The notes under the pieces were generated by a model that had not been told where the DNA came from, did no database searches, and was given only the letters and a program-made list of their open reading frames with translations. From assembly GCA_002633005.1 (NCBI GenBank), contig NMRA01000157.1, positions 734,607-798,606 on the forward strand: DNA of 64,000 nt, written 5' to 3'. The DNA comes from Phoronis australis (Eukaryota; Animalia; Phoronida). The translations under genes were made by a program, and so were the position numbers. Below, piece after piece: positions 26,677 to 39,397 of this stretch. Each line of letters begins with the position of its first letter. Within the stretch, counting starts at the first letter, position 1.

Positions 26677-28040
26677 TATCAGTTTTTTTCTGGACTTTTA
26701 TATCAGTCATGCACAAAAGGCTGGAGTTTGGTCAACCACAAGGTATCTACAAGTAAACTGAATGTAGCCTTCTCATGGCAGTTAGAAGGCAGACCTGAAT
26801 TGGCAATAGTCGGATATAACGTGCACATACTTTGAGAACCAGTTTGATACCAGTTGTCCCAATGGATAAAACTAGTTTTCAAAATGCGGTCAAGTTATAG
26901 CCGACTATTACCGACTTGTCAACAAATCTGAGGGCAGATCATCAGACAGCTGAGTAGGCATCCTAGTAATTCAGATGAAATGCTTGTTTAAGGGTGTACC
27001 AGTCTTATGGATCTCATGGCAGATCTGTCTATATTCTATGATAAGATTGCTTGGGAATGATGTTATGGTTTCTCTTTAAATTTTCTGGTTTTTTAAATGT
27101 GAACGCCAGTTAAGGCACACTGGCAGTACCTCTTAGTCAGCTGTTTCATGACGGTGACATCCTGTTGCTCCCAACTTGTTCGATTCTATAGCCCAACAAC
27201 AAGTTGGGAAGTTTACCCCAGTAGCCAATATCTTACTCAACTGATTAACTCCATTCTGGCATTTATGGCTGGAGGGCTTGCGCTCTTTTGTTCGATAATT
27301 GCTCTAATCTCCGATCAGATCGTATCTAGCCTAACTGGGCTGGGCTGATAAAAATGAAAGTTAAGTTATAACATATTTGAGCTTAAACCAATAACATTTC
27401 TGAATTCCTTGTCAAATGCTGATCATGTCCTGTTTTTGAGTCTCCAAAATCGCCCAACTACAACAGAAGTTAGGACAATCTGTTCTGTCCAAACGGATTA
27501 CCAAGGCACTGGGTTTGACTGTGTTCATAGGCGTTCGGTAATAGTGTGCAACCACCTTACGTTTCTTTTGAAGCCTCCTTGTTATCATACGGGACAAAAG
27601 ACTGAGCTGGGCAGTTAACAAAAGAGCGATGTTATTGCACCTTCAGCACCCCTCAGGTCTGGAAAAGTTACTGACTGACAGAACGCTGAAACACAAATCT
27701 AGGCATTAACTCTGGGATGTGTGAATAATTGTTGTGTTGGAGGACTGATTTTCAATCTTTTGATATGAAGTGAATGAACCTTTCTGTTAGTTTATAAGTA
27801 GAGTATTGTGATCAATATTTCAGTCTGGTCTGATTATGTAAGTTAAGATGTAAAATAAGTGACCCAGATAAGTTTGTCTTGGTACTAACATATGACATTA
27901 GACTTACAGGTTTACATTATGAAATGCATGAGTAACCTTGTTATCTGTTAGGGAGTATGGGTGCTATTGACCTATTGAATGATTCTTCGTAATGCTACAG
28001 GAGATTACCTTGTGACCTGATTCTTGATATTACTTTTCAG

Positions 28041-28119
28041 ATTGGTGTTGATTTTGCTCTGAAGGTCATTAACTGGGACGCTGACACATTGATCAGGTTG
28101 CAGCTATGGGATATTGCTG
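28041..28119 (+). CDS. RAB32: Rab32 exon (IGVDFALKVINWDADTLIRLQLWDIA)
   Basis: Switch I IGVDF; spliced WDIAGQE (Ile for Thr) is characteristic of Rab32/38/29. Confidence 0.96.
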
Positions 28120-28979
28120 GTAAAGGATTGAATTTAATTGTAAATAATAGGATTGTCCAATATAGCTTAAGTAAACAGTTGCTGATTTTACACGAGGGAT
28201 ACTTGACAAGAACTGAGTTGTCATGGCGCGAGTTCCTCTACTTCTCCAGTCGTATTTGTCATACATTATCGCAAACTGATTGGCACAGAAGTCAGTTACA
28301 CGAATGTCACGTACCCGTGCTGCGGGGTGAGTATCCCGATTTCACTGATCGTCTAGTCGGGATATAGCCATGTCATTACACTGACCGTCTAGTCGGGATA
28401 CAGCCTTGTCATTATCAGTTCATTATATATTTCAGCTTTTATGTGCAATGTCATCTGAATTTGCAGTGCTTAATTAACTTAATTAGCACAAAAACATTTG
28501 TGATTGACATATGTCCCGAATACTAGACAAATGATACGCGCGTCGCAAGCTCGTTACCAGAGATGAAAAGGTGACGGAGGTAGGCGATATAAGGTCATTT
28601 ATTATGACTAGTACAGTTACAATATAATGAATACAGGTAAATAACGTATAATTGTTAATCTCTGGTAAGATTGGCAATAAAAAAGCGCCACAAGAGATGT
28701 TGTAAGACAGCTCATACCCATCCGAAACAAGTCGATCTTTAATGCTTAGACTCTAACTTGGACATGGGCAAAGCCAGCATATTAAGTGGGACAAGCTGGT
28801 GCATTGTGGTCCACTTTAAAGTAGGTCAGCAGTTAATAGGAAGACCACAGTGGTTAGACACACCACCCACTGAGAGACTAATATTAAAACCAAATACCGA
28901 AATCAGGTCAGTGGCTAAGCACGTGGTGAACAAACAGTGAAATGTCTGATTATCCGAATTAAGGAATCTGGGTGAGGAT

Positions 28980-29432
28980 TTATCTCTTTTCACAACTTGC
29001 TATGTGCGTGAACACAAATTCACTGACCCATGAGGTGTCTCCGTAGCACTTCTCAACAGTCATATGCATGCAGACACACAACTGTCTGAGGATCAAAGCT
29101 ACATTCTGTTTTGGTTTTCCCCTGCATCTTTCTGTCATATGTAAACGACGTTGACGCAATATTATAGCAACTTGGTGAATGAAAGGACTAAGGGTACATG
29201 CGGAACTTCTCTGTGTGTGGCACCGTAACCTTTGACCTCGGATTAGTAAACAAATTTCCACGCTCTTGTGTGGTTCCAACTCCAAGGTGGTTCTGCTAAA
29301 TCTTTTTTTCTCGCTACATGATTTTTTTTCGTGTTTGAAGTCCCCTGAAAATGAAGATTTGGTATTTTGCTGGATATATGTGAAATATTTTAAAAATTGC
29401 CAATTATTGTGAATAAGGTTTGAGATATCCTT
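28980..29432 (+). repeat. Dispersed repeat, copy 2 (related to ~7715-8165)
   Basis: Same conserved blocks in the same order. Confidence 0.75.
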
Positions 29433-29754
29433 AACAGTCCATGGGAATGGTACGTAAGGTACAGTCTTTGCATGTTCGGATCAACAATGGCGACCATACA
29501 AACAGTATATGTAATTACTATGCTATTGCACAAGCGCAATAAAAGATAGGATCCTGACGTGTTTTACTCTTTGAGACCATGTTCAGTGCATAATGCCATA
29601 ACACCCAACTTATGAAGCCTTCTTTCAAGCATTAACAAACTGTCAGTTCTTTTGAAGTCATCTCCAGTTTAACTAAGGCATAATTTGAATACGTAGTCAT
29701 GCATTTTAAGGAAAGCATGTGTTCACACTAGCTTTTCTTGCAAGCGTCGTCGGT

Positions 29755-29876
29755 CGTTGGAATGATGGGTCGTTGGAATGATGGGTCGTTGGAATGATGG
29801 GTCGTTGGAATGATGGGTCGTTGGAATGATGGGTCGTTGGAATGATGGGTCGTTGGAATGATGGGTCGTTGGAATG
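29755..29876. repeat. 16-bp tandem repeat (CGTTGGAATGATGGGT) truncated at N 29877
   Basis: ~7.5 perfect copies. Confidence 0.95.
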
Positions 29877-30011
29877 NCTAACTAAGGCATAATTTGAATA
29901 CGTAGTCATGCATTTTAAGGAAAGCATGTGTTCACACTAGCTTTTCTTGCAAGTGTCGTTAGAATAGAGACCTGTATTATTTTTCCCCTTTATTTTCATG
30001 AATCTGTCTAG

Positions 30012-30193
30012 GTCAGGAACGGTTTGGCAACATGACAAGAGTCTACTACAAAGAAGCTGTGGGCTGCTTCATTGTATTTGATGTGACGAGAGCAGGAACA
30101 TTTGAAGCCGTACAGAAATGGAAGAATGACTTGGACAGTAAAGTACAGTTAGCAGACGGTAGCCCTATTCCTTGTGTGTTACTCGCAAATAAG
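30012..30193 (+). CDS. RAB32: Rab32 exon (GQERFGNMTRVYYKEAVGCFIVFDVTR...PIPCVLLANK)
   Basis: Switch II; 182 nt, phase 1->0. Confidence 0.96.
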
Positions 30194-30540
30194 GTGATTA
30201 TCAATGTAACCCATGTTGTTGAGTTGGAATTCTTGTCCTCTGTAAAGTGACACTTCACATACATTGACCATCAGTATCACAGATCACTACACACAGATAT
30301 GCACTGACTCTTCAAAAATACTACACATAATACCACCAAAATTGTTTTGCTTTTTATATTACTGTCAATTTTTTAACATTGAAAGAGTTGAAATCTTTGT
30401 GTTGTTTTGTAATAAAAAGCAACTCCAAAGATACTACATCTTTTGTGATGGATCTTCCTACTCTAGCAGACTTAAGATGAAGGTTCATTCCTTGGCTAGT
30501 AAGTTTAATTCATGTGCATGTGATATCTTTTATGGGTGTG

Positions 30541-30847
30541 CAGTGGCGGATTTAGGGGGGAGGGGGCCAAAGGGGCCATGGCCCCCCAAAAATTCTCACT
30601 CATTCCATTTGGCAGTTCGGGGTGCGAATTGGTGACTGGCATATGCGCGCACCTAGGGGGCTCGGAATACACAATGCATAGCCTTGAACAAACACCGTTT
30701 CCGTTTGTTTTTAGTAATGAGGTCCACAAACCCAAAAGTTCAAGACCCCCTACATCCCTTCATTTTAGGCTGGAGCACATGTGGCGAAATTTTGGTTACT
30801 CTTGTGTCCTGAGTCCCCCCTAACTCAAAATCCTGGATCTGCCCCTG
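30541..30847. mobile_element. hAT-type MITE
   Basis: CAGTGGCGGATTTAGG ... CCTGGATCTGCCCCTG termini; no clean TSD. Confidence 0.65.
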
Positions 30848-32288
30848 GTGTGTTTGTGTACATGGTTTATGTGTATGTATGTGCATTTAATTACATGGTT
30901 TATAAAATGTTTGTTAGCCTTGGTGGATTAGTTTGTTTAAAAAATTCCAATGTTTTCACCGTGTATTAAATTGTATCTGACATTGTTTTTCATTTAAATA
31001 GATAATTTATGCAACAAATACGCAAGTTGTTTGGTACGACCTCAATTAGTTTAATTACTTGGGAAATATTTATTGACCATTTTCGGGCCTTATGATTTTG
31101 TTTGCTGTTAGCAGTTTTGAAATTCATTCTCTTTAGTACGTTGGAACGCTTGCAATTCCTTTCGTATTTTATGGTCTATGGTTAAGAGAAATGCCTTTCA
31201 GATTTTAAATTTTTCTTCAAACAATGGAGTTATTGGATGTAAAAAATGAAAACTTGTGACAATGATGTTTAAAAAACGTGGTTTGGTGGCTGATATCTTT
31301 ATTGTTTGAGGGAAATCAAAAACTAGGCATATTTTCTGTTGACAGTAACAATTATATTAAAGACATTTTTAGGGAAGAATTAAGATTTTTAGAGTCTGAG
31401 GATTCAGAAAATATAGGGTCTCCCAAAAATGCACTCACATTTCAGTACAGCGCTTTGAGATCTAATTCAGTTCCAGATTATCAGACTGTGCACCTGGGCC
31501 TACTGCATGATTTAACCTTGCTGTGAAAGTAGGCGTGGGAATGTCCAATTCCCTGGTGTCTAGGTCTCATTGGTGCGTGAGACTCACCACCAATGGATAT
31601 GATGAATTGAAATTGAACGAGAAAATTCAATAGTTTGGCGAAATGGATTTTTCTCGATTCTGAAAAGTGGGACACGGCAGTTTTGTGCTTCTCCAATTGC
31701 AGACAATGTGTTTTGTATGAACAGGCTCTGACAAAAGGCTTGGCAGTTGATATAATCATTGTAAATAGTAGCCATCGCAATGTTTTCATGCATCCTCATA
31801 GTGTGTAACATCCAGGTGAATGACTGTTTGCCAATGCATGTGATCATAACTCTCAAATCTGGACGGTGAATATGGCCTATTTATAATATTAGGTACAAAC
31901 TCCGACCTTGAGCAAAATCCTTGAGAATTTTTGCCGAAATACATTTTTGTCGGTCCATATCTGTTGAGGCTTGTTATTTCAACTGGACAACAGCATCACG
32001 GTTTTTGATAGAATTACTGTTGACACTTAACGGGAATAGTAAAGTGGCGTTCTCATTCCAATTTGTCTGGTTAGAGACTTCTGCCCAGATTAGTCTTCTT
32101 ACATGAAGTTCAGTTACTGCCACTGTTTAGATACTGCGAAAATTACATGCTCTCTGAATTCAAGGCACAGTAACTAACTCTTTGGTTGGAAATTCTTCAT
32201 AATTTTTGAGAAGGCTCTAATGAAAATTTATATTTGCCAGATAAATACTGCATCAGTCAGATAATATGTGCTGAATTATCATTTATAG

Positions 32289-32432
32289 TGTGATCAAGCC
32301 AAAGAAGGTCTAGTAAACAATCAAGCTCAGATGGATGAGTATTGTAAAGAAAAGAATTTCATTGGTTGGTTTGAAACGTCTGCAAAGGAGAACATCAACA
32401 TTGATGAAGCAGCACGTTGCCTAGTTACACAG
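32289..32432 (+). CDS. RAB32: Rab32 exon (CDQAKEGLVNNQAQMDEYCKEKNFIGWFETSAKENINIDEAARCLVTQ)
   Basis: Completes NKCD; ETSAK G5 motif; GTGAGA donor. Confidence 0.95.
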
Positions 32433-35389
32433 GTGAGATGAGTCAAACTTATTCACAAGTCTGTTTCCTTCTAACAGGTACACACCCAGTCCACATTTCT
32501 TGTTTTATTGCATCGTGTGATCACGGCTTGGAACAATAACATGATGTGAGTTCTCTACCAGACCAGAAGTCACTTCACATCTGAGAAAGGAACTAGTTGT
32601 GCTTCATTTTATTGCCGTCAGTGGTCTAAACTAAAGTCAATTTTTTGGCATTATGCGGGGTTGAAATAGCTGCTTTTTTAATAGTTAAATACTAGTTCTT
32701 GCCAGCTACAGTTCACATTGTGATACTTACAGAATGAAATTCTGTTAATGCTTATGTTTATTAAAAAGTTGGACAAAATAAAACTTTCTTGTCCACTATA
32801 TTTTGTTTTAAATAGATTGAAAATTATGACATGAATTGCAGCATTCTCATTAAAGTTACTTATATAACCGTCTTTGTGGCTTGATGTCCTAGTTTATTTA
32901 CAAGTGTCTGTATCACATTATAAACAACTTAAAGCAGTTATAAACCTGACCTCCATCACAAAACGTCTAATTTTGACCACTTAGCGCTATGAAATTGGTT
33001 TCAAATTTTTCCTTTGTCAAATCAGAAATGATTTCTGGGCTTCCCACGTGAACCATTTTATCAGACTAGTATGGTCTCGAGTAATAACAAACTGTCAGCA
33101 TTTTCGATCGCAGGAACTACTTCTTATATGACTCGGGAGAGTTAGACACAAATTGAGTTCAGTTTAAATGAGATGAGTCATATAAATCAATTAAGATAAA
33201 TTCCTTAACAGATCACACAGAAGGGACTCTAATCACATTTGCTTATTCCAACTGATGTCGTTTCACTATCAGAAATTTGACATTTCTTTTGAATTTGGCC
33301 TGGATTTATAAAATCCAAGTTATACTGGAGGTTTTTGCTTTTTAATATAGTAACAGCTTGTCAGAGTGTGTGAAAGCCCTGAATTGATTTCTGAGAAAAA
33401 ATGAGACCTCCACTGAAGTTCACTCATGTTTTGTATCCACATATGCTTGGCCTTTCTTAGCTTTTGTGACATTTCTGGTCATCATGTTTGTAAAGGAGTG
33501 GTGTGTCAAAGGTAGGACTAGATGTCACTATTCTTCAAGGAAACTTTGGTCTGTTGAAACTCCATTGCCACCAATAGGAGTACTTGTGTGCATTTTTGAG
33601 GAGAGATGCAGTTGGAAAATTAGGTTACCCAGCCATTTAGAGAGTGGACACGTGGGGGGAAGGGGACCCGTGTGGTGGGAGCTACCACAAAAACACCCTT
33701 TCTTAGAATTTTGTTTCTTGAATAGGGATTAATTCCCTTAACCTTACAATGTAATTTCAGGTGTTCTTCAACTGCTGTCTTTTTAACACTTTAAGCCTGA
33801 AATAGAGATGTCATGTTGTTAAACCAGTCCTTCGATAGATTTTGGTTGTTGGAAAAGCAACCTTTTTGTAGAATATTGTACTACAAAAGTCTGACATTTA
33901 GGCTTTCCCCTGACCAAAACTCTTCAAAACAAATGATATTAGTAGAAAAGTGACAATAGAAATGAAATACTGGGTAGTCCTGCACTAACAGTGCCAGCTG
34001 GCACTGTGAAGGCCTGCAAGGCCTCTGTTGTTGTAGTTCATTGACATGGCTTTACATAATTCTGTTAGGTAAGCTGTATCTATTGCCAAATGATGAAGTC
34101 CTTTGTCTTTTTTGTTTTGTCTTCTTCCAATATATCACAGCTTTGCTTGTCAATTACTTCATTCCCATTCACCCCAGTGGAACCCTTTTGTTTAATGACA
34201 AATAGTTTTTCAACTTTGCCCCATATCCCTTACAACTCAGCTGCAGAAAGGTGATATTCTGCAGGTGTGGAGGAAAAACGATTTTTAACGTCTAATTAAA
34301 AACAGTCGAGCTTGAAATGTAATAAATTAAACTGCCAAGACCCTTTCAGAAACGTTCATTTTACTGAAGTGACTGCATCTAAAAAGGGCACCTTGGGGGG
34401 TCTTTTGTAACAAAGTTGTGGAAACTTGTATGGCTTCCAGTAGCACCCACTTTCACCTGTGGGCTTTCAATGTATGTTATAAGATAAAGGTCCCATAACA
34501 CAAGTCTGGCGATGCATCTGTTCATAAGTGATCAGCTCTAAATATTTTAACGATAATGTTAAAGATAGAAAATTGAGAAAATATTGACACCTTGCCTCAT
34601 TTTCCGCATGTAGCATGCATGTGAAATGATCTCAAACCCTCATGGGGCTTGCTGTTTGAAAGAGCCCCCCCCCCCATTAGGGTGATATCTTGGTCAGGGC
34701 TCTTTTTTGAAATCCTCGGTAGTAAGGATTTTGTGTTATAAAAAATAATGTAATTACTGTAAAATTTAATTAGGAGTAATGATCTCAAAGGAGTCATAAT
34801 GCATCATATCTGAAGGTTGTGACATATTTAGTATTTCAAAAGCTGCCTTTTTCATTTTCATGGGTTTTTGACATTGTTGTGAATGCCCGCAATTTTTCAG
34901 AGTATGTGATGGTCTGGTGTAGATATAGAATTAATTTTGTTTTATTTATCATTTATAAAAAAATTAAGAAATGGAATTTCACTTGCACTCCGTTCAGAAA
35001 TTCCTGTGTTACTGCTATATAATGTCTATTAATTTCCAATGTTTTTAGATAAACCAGTATATACTGACTAGCACCTTTTTGACATATTATTTTGGACAGT
35101 AGCTAATGCCATGATATTGAAAATGTCAGTCATGTTACTGTGAATACATGAGACACAAAGATGCCCAGGTGAAAATAGCTGGCAGCAGTTAGGTTTATTG
35201 TTATTTAGTTGCAGCTAGGACCAATGTCTTATTACTCCCAAGTTGCAGTCACTTCATACTGAGACTTTCCAAATGAAGTCAATAGCGGATTTGCAGCGAC
35301 GCCATATTGAAATTAGGTTAAAATGGTGCATTGTGGGTGCTGTGGTCAGGATTCCGAAAGCGGCCATAGTAACAACCATAATACGCGGT

Positions 35390-36660
35390 ATGAGCGCGAA
35401 GAAAACTTACGGCGGACATACTTGTGTTCCTGGCTGCTTTAAAAACAAGACAGATAAAAATCTGAGTTTTTATGTGTTCCCTGCAAACCAAGAACTTCGT
35501 GAAAAATGGATAAACATTAGGAGAGCTGGGAGTAAGGGGAGATTTAGCGCATTCAAACCAACGCAGGGCTATCTAGTAGGCAACACGTAGCCCCTCGGTT
35601 GGCCATATAGGGGCTACAATACTCCCATTCGCTTTCTGTATTCATTTCGTTACTTCAGTGTATTTTAAATGGGCCGTGACCGGATTTGGGTTACCGATTT
35701 CGAGTTTTCACCTCGTCAAAAATACATTCTACACTTAAAACTATCATTTAAAAAAACGCTTACTTTCATCATTGGTCTTTTCTACTTCTATACATATCTT
35801 TGATGAAGCTTAGTTGTGAGAATTAAGTTGACTTTGGCGAAGAATTACAACTCCACTTTTTTGGTTGCCGTTAATTTTATCACCGCGTGAGCCGCGATAA
35901 CCACAAAGCATGTCAACTGAATCACGTGAGTTAAGCAAAGGTTAGCACGAGACTGAGCGAAGCGCGTGACGCTAGCGTGTGACGCTAGTGCGTGACGCTA
36001 GCACGCGACACTTGTAAAATAGCATGAGAAGGTATCGGGTGAAACTTGTAAGATGTGTGTCCCTTGGACTTTTTATTCGTCAACATGCGTAATTTCACGT
36101 AACTTCCTCAAAATGGCACCCGGTAACCGTGACTGAGAGAAACTCGAACAAACCGCGACAGATTTTCATCGATTCGTTCAAGTTTTGCTGACTAAATTGT
36201 ATCCAGAGTCGTGGTATGTGTTAATTATAACTCCGTGTTCCTATATGTATGCCGGGTTCATTTGATTTTATTTGCTGTATTTTGAAATGAGTAACTTTTT
36301 GTGAGGATGTACTATCGCCCCTGAATGCCTGCGGCATCCAGTGCGATGTAATTGCCTAGGGGCCATCGTGTGTGCAGCGAACATTTTCCTGGTGGAAAAA
36401 AGACGTATGAGAACAACATTCCGACGGAGTTTCCTGTTAAAATTAACGTCTCTAGCATATACACGGCGAAAGCTACAAAAGTTAAGCAACCCAAGAACTC
36501 TCAACTTGTCTGAAACCGGAGGAGATTTCGAAATCAACGTCGATAGCCCCAATACTGAACATGACGACAGTTGTGCCCTCGGTCACACGGTCACTGATCA
36601 TAGCTTCGCTGTGTTTACAAACGAGAGAGAGGACTTGCTTGGTTTTATAAAGCAAAAAAA
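35390..36660 (+). pseudogene. Interrupted THAP zinc-finger ORF (CVPGC...FP...W...|HRVCSEHF...P)
   Basis: Removing the nested insertion plus one TSD copy restores C2CH motif; frameshift downstream. Confidence 0.8.
35574..36359. mobile_element. Nested ~790-bp insertion with imperfect 8-bp TSD (GGGCTATC/GGGCCATC), possibly hAT-type
   Basis: Splits THAP frame; short inverted termini TAGGCAA / TTGCCTA. Confidence 0.65.
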
Positions 36661-36998
36661 TGAAACATGGTTTTTAGTTTGCAAATCACTCCAAATGCAC
36701 ACTATCCAGCCTGCTCAAGACATACCTGACCACAAGCTATCCCATGAGCCTTCGCGCAGGAAGTAACTCGCACATGCGCAATGCGTAGTTCGTTTGCGCT
36801 GCAAATCCGCTATTGTGCATAGAGATTTCAGCTCTATTTGGAAAGGCATGACGTGCATCAGATTTTTTAAAATTACTGCATGCTTTGCTTTCCTCAAAAA
36901 AGAAAGATTTTTGGTATTATTGCCAAGATCGTATGAGGAATCTTAACCCTCAGTCATCACCATGAAATTTTTTTCTACAGTATATTAAGTTTGGCTTA

Positions 36999-37817
36999 GG
37001 GCTGTTCCAGTAAAATCCGTGTGGGAGGGGGGAGGGACGGCAGTAGAAATAAAAATTCATGGGCGGTGGTCTTCAGAAAAAACTCGAATTATGGGTGGTT
37101 GTTCCTGTAAGAAGCGGTGCATTAAAAATGGGTGGTATTTTTTGACCTTTTAATGTTCACAGAGTGGTTACTTCAGCCGTCAAACTCAAAAAATGCAACT
37201 GGCATATATGCTAACTTGTCTCAACACAAAAAAGCCCATATTGCTAGTGAACAGCGTGCAATACGTTCACGAAGGCATAACCAAGTCATGGGCAACTTGA
37301 TTTGAGCCAACTGTTTCTCTGCAGTCCTATTGAATTGAAAAGTTATGCAACACTAAACTGGTGTTAACACATAAAAGAAAATTCACTGATTTTTAAATAA
37401 AAAGTATGAGGAGTAAGATAAACAAGTTCCAACATTCACTTGACATAGAAGTATAAAAGAGTTCGTGGAGACAGTTTGATATTCATAGATCCTTATAATT
37501 GAAAAAATGTTCATTGAAATTATAGACACTTGGTGAATAGAGACACCTGGTGGCTGCCAAAAGTATTACTCACAGGCTACTTTAGTTTTTGACAACATTG
37601 GACAAGACAACTAGTTCTTATCTGTCAATCATCTAAGTTCTTAACAGGTCCTCCTGGAGGCAATTTGTTTGCAAGTGTTGGATTTTATATTTTAACCTAT
37701 TAAAAATAATTAAAAAATTATGGATCATGGGTGGGAGAAATAAATGAAAAATATGGGCGGTGGGTACGAAATAAAAGTGCCTTCCCCCCTCCCATACAGA
37801 TTTTGCTGGAACGGCCC
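36999..37817. mobile_element. 819-bp PIF/Harbinger-type MITE, TTA TSD
   Basis: TIR GGGCYGTTCCAGYAAAATC; TTA on both sides; empty site GGCTTACATTAG at ~40659 in the duplicate copy. Confidence 0.92.
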
Positions 37818-39280
37818 TTACATTAGGGGGAGGGGGTTGGGCTGGTTCACTGAAGTATGTGTATGATCCTAGAAAAATGTCCAAATTTGGCGTAATTTGA
37901 AATACCACATATCGAAATGGTAGATCAGATTCATGTGAAGCTTTCAGGTACTATGCATTACGCATTGTTTTCCAAAATGCTGTTAGTATTCTTTTTTTAA
38001 ATATACCCCTTTTGCAGAAAGGACTATTGAAAATGTGACTTATTCTTTAATGGTAAAAATTCAAAAGTTGCATAAAACAAAAATGAAATGCGTGTAATTT
38101 AGAAAGCTGTAACAGTGTTTTTGAGAAGAAACTTTACCATGATATTCTTATTGTAGATTTGCTTTGAGTGTACCTTTCTTTTTGCTAAATTCTACTAGAC
38201 ATGGTCACATGATCAAATTCCTGGCAGATAAGTTTCTTTCAAGATTCTGCAGGCTTATTACTTTCAGAAATTATACTTTCATGGAGTTGAAACCTATAGT
38301 TTTGTAGATATTTGGCTAAACACACAACAGAGTTATTGATAACCTCAGTGGGCGATAGCACAATACGTCAACTTCTTATAAAACTTTTATTCTTGTTGAA
38401 CTGACAGTTATCTACAAACTAATAAAGATTGTCGGATAATAGAATCAAACAATATTCCCAAAATGTTAATATGGCAAACCCACCACAAAGCAGTGGTTAT
38501 AGATTAAGAACGAAACACTAGGTATACAATCCAGCAGACGTACATGATTAGGATAAATGTAGAACATTAACTAAGTTACTGGAATTTCTTCATGACCCAG
38601 ACTAAGTCCTCTAAACTGCATCTTTACACGCTGAGAATCAGTTTTCGAATGCCCACTACAAATGAATGGTCAAATGGTATTCTGATTGGTTAGACCACAA
38701 TGAAAACATACTCAGCCAATAAACAATTACCTACAATTGGGGGGTAAACCAATATTACGATGCTATTTCGGAAACGCCCCAAGACGAATATATAACGCTC
38801 CTGGTGGACATAAAGTATTGTAAAGAAAAGACTAATGCTCCTGCATTAATAACAGCCTTAAGGTATTGGCTACGTGTCTTATCATGGATCAATTTTTAAT
38901 ATCTTTTTACCATAGTAGACACATGAAACTGTATGTTTTCAAAACTCTTGATCATGGAATCTTATGTGCACGAAAGTACTGCCCTCATCTTTGTAACTTT
39001 ATTTGTTTTGACAGCAGAATTCTTAGGTTACAAGGCCTTTTAACAAAATCCCATGGGTTTCTTGCAATCAAAATAAAAACTAAAGTTTTGTTTGAAAAAA
39101 TTGTGTTTCTGGAAAATTTTGGTGATCTCCTTGTCCAGTATTAAACAGAAATGCAATTGGTAACTCATACTTGTATTTCCTTTGACTAGAATATTTTGAC
39201 ATTATCCTTCATCTTGGTGACCTTGACATTATCCTTCATCTTGGTGACCTTGACATTGATCCTTTTGCACCGGTTTTCAG

Positions 39281-39397
39281 ATCCTCCAGAATGACCGAGC
39301 CTTGAACCACAGAGAGGAGGATGAGGATGAAGATTGTGTCAAAATCGATGGTAACCATGTCAACAAGAACGGTGACAGCAAGAGTGGTTGTTGTTAG
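39281..39397 (+). CDS. RAB32: Rab32 terminal exon, copy A (ILQNDRALNHREEDEDEDCVKIDGNHVNKNGDSKSGCC*)
   Basis: tttcag acceptor, in frame, C-terminal CC prenylation motif, TAG. Confidence 0.9.
   Translation: MLQNDRALNHREEDEDEDCVKIDGNHVNKNGDSKSGCC

Larger units (their letters stand above)
35284..36811 (+). mobile_element. Defective THAP-encoding DNA transposon, ISL2EU-like
   Basis: Perfect 15-bp TIR AGCGGATTTGCAGCG flanked by AT on both sides; THAP coding sequence from 35390. Confidence 0.75.
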
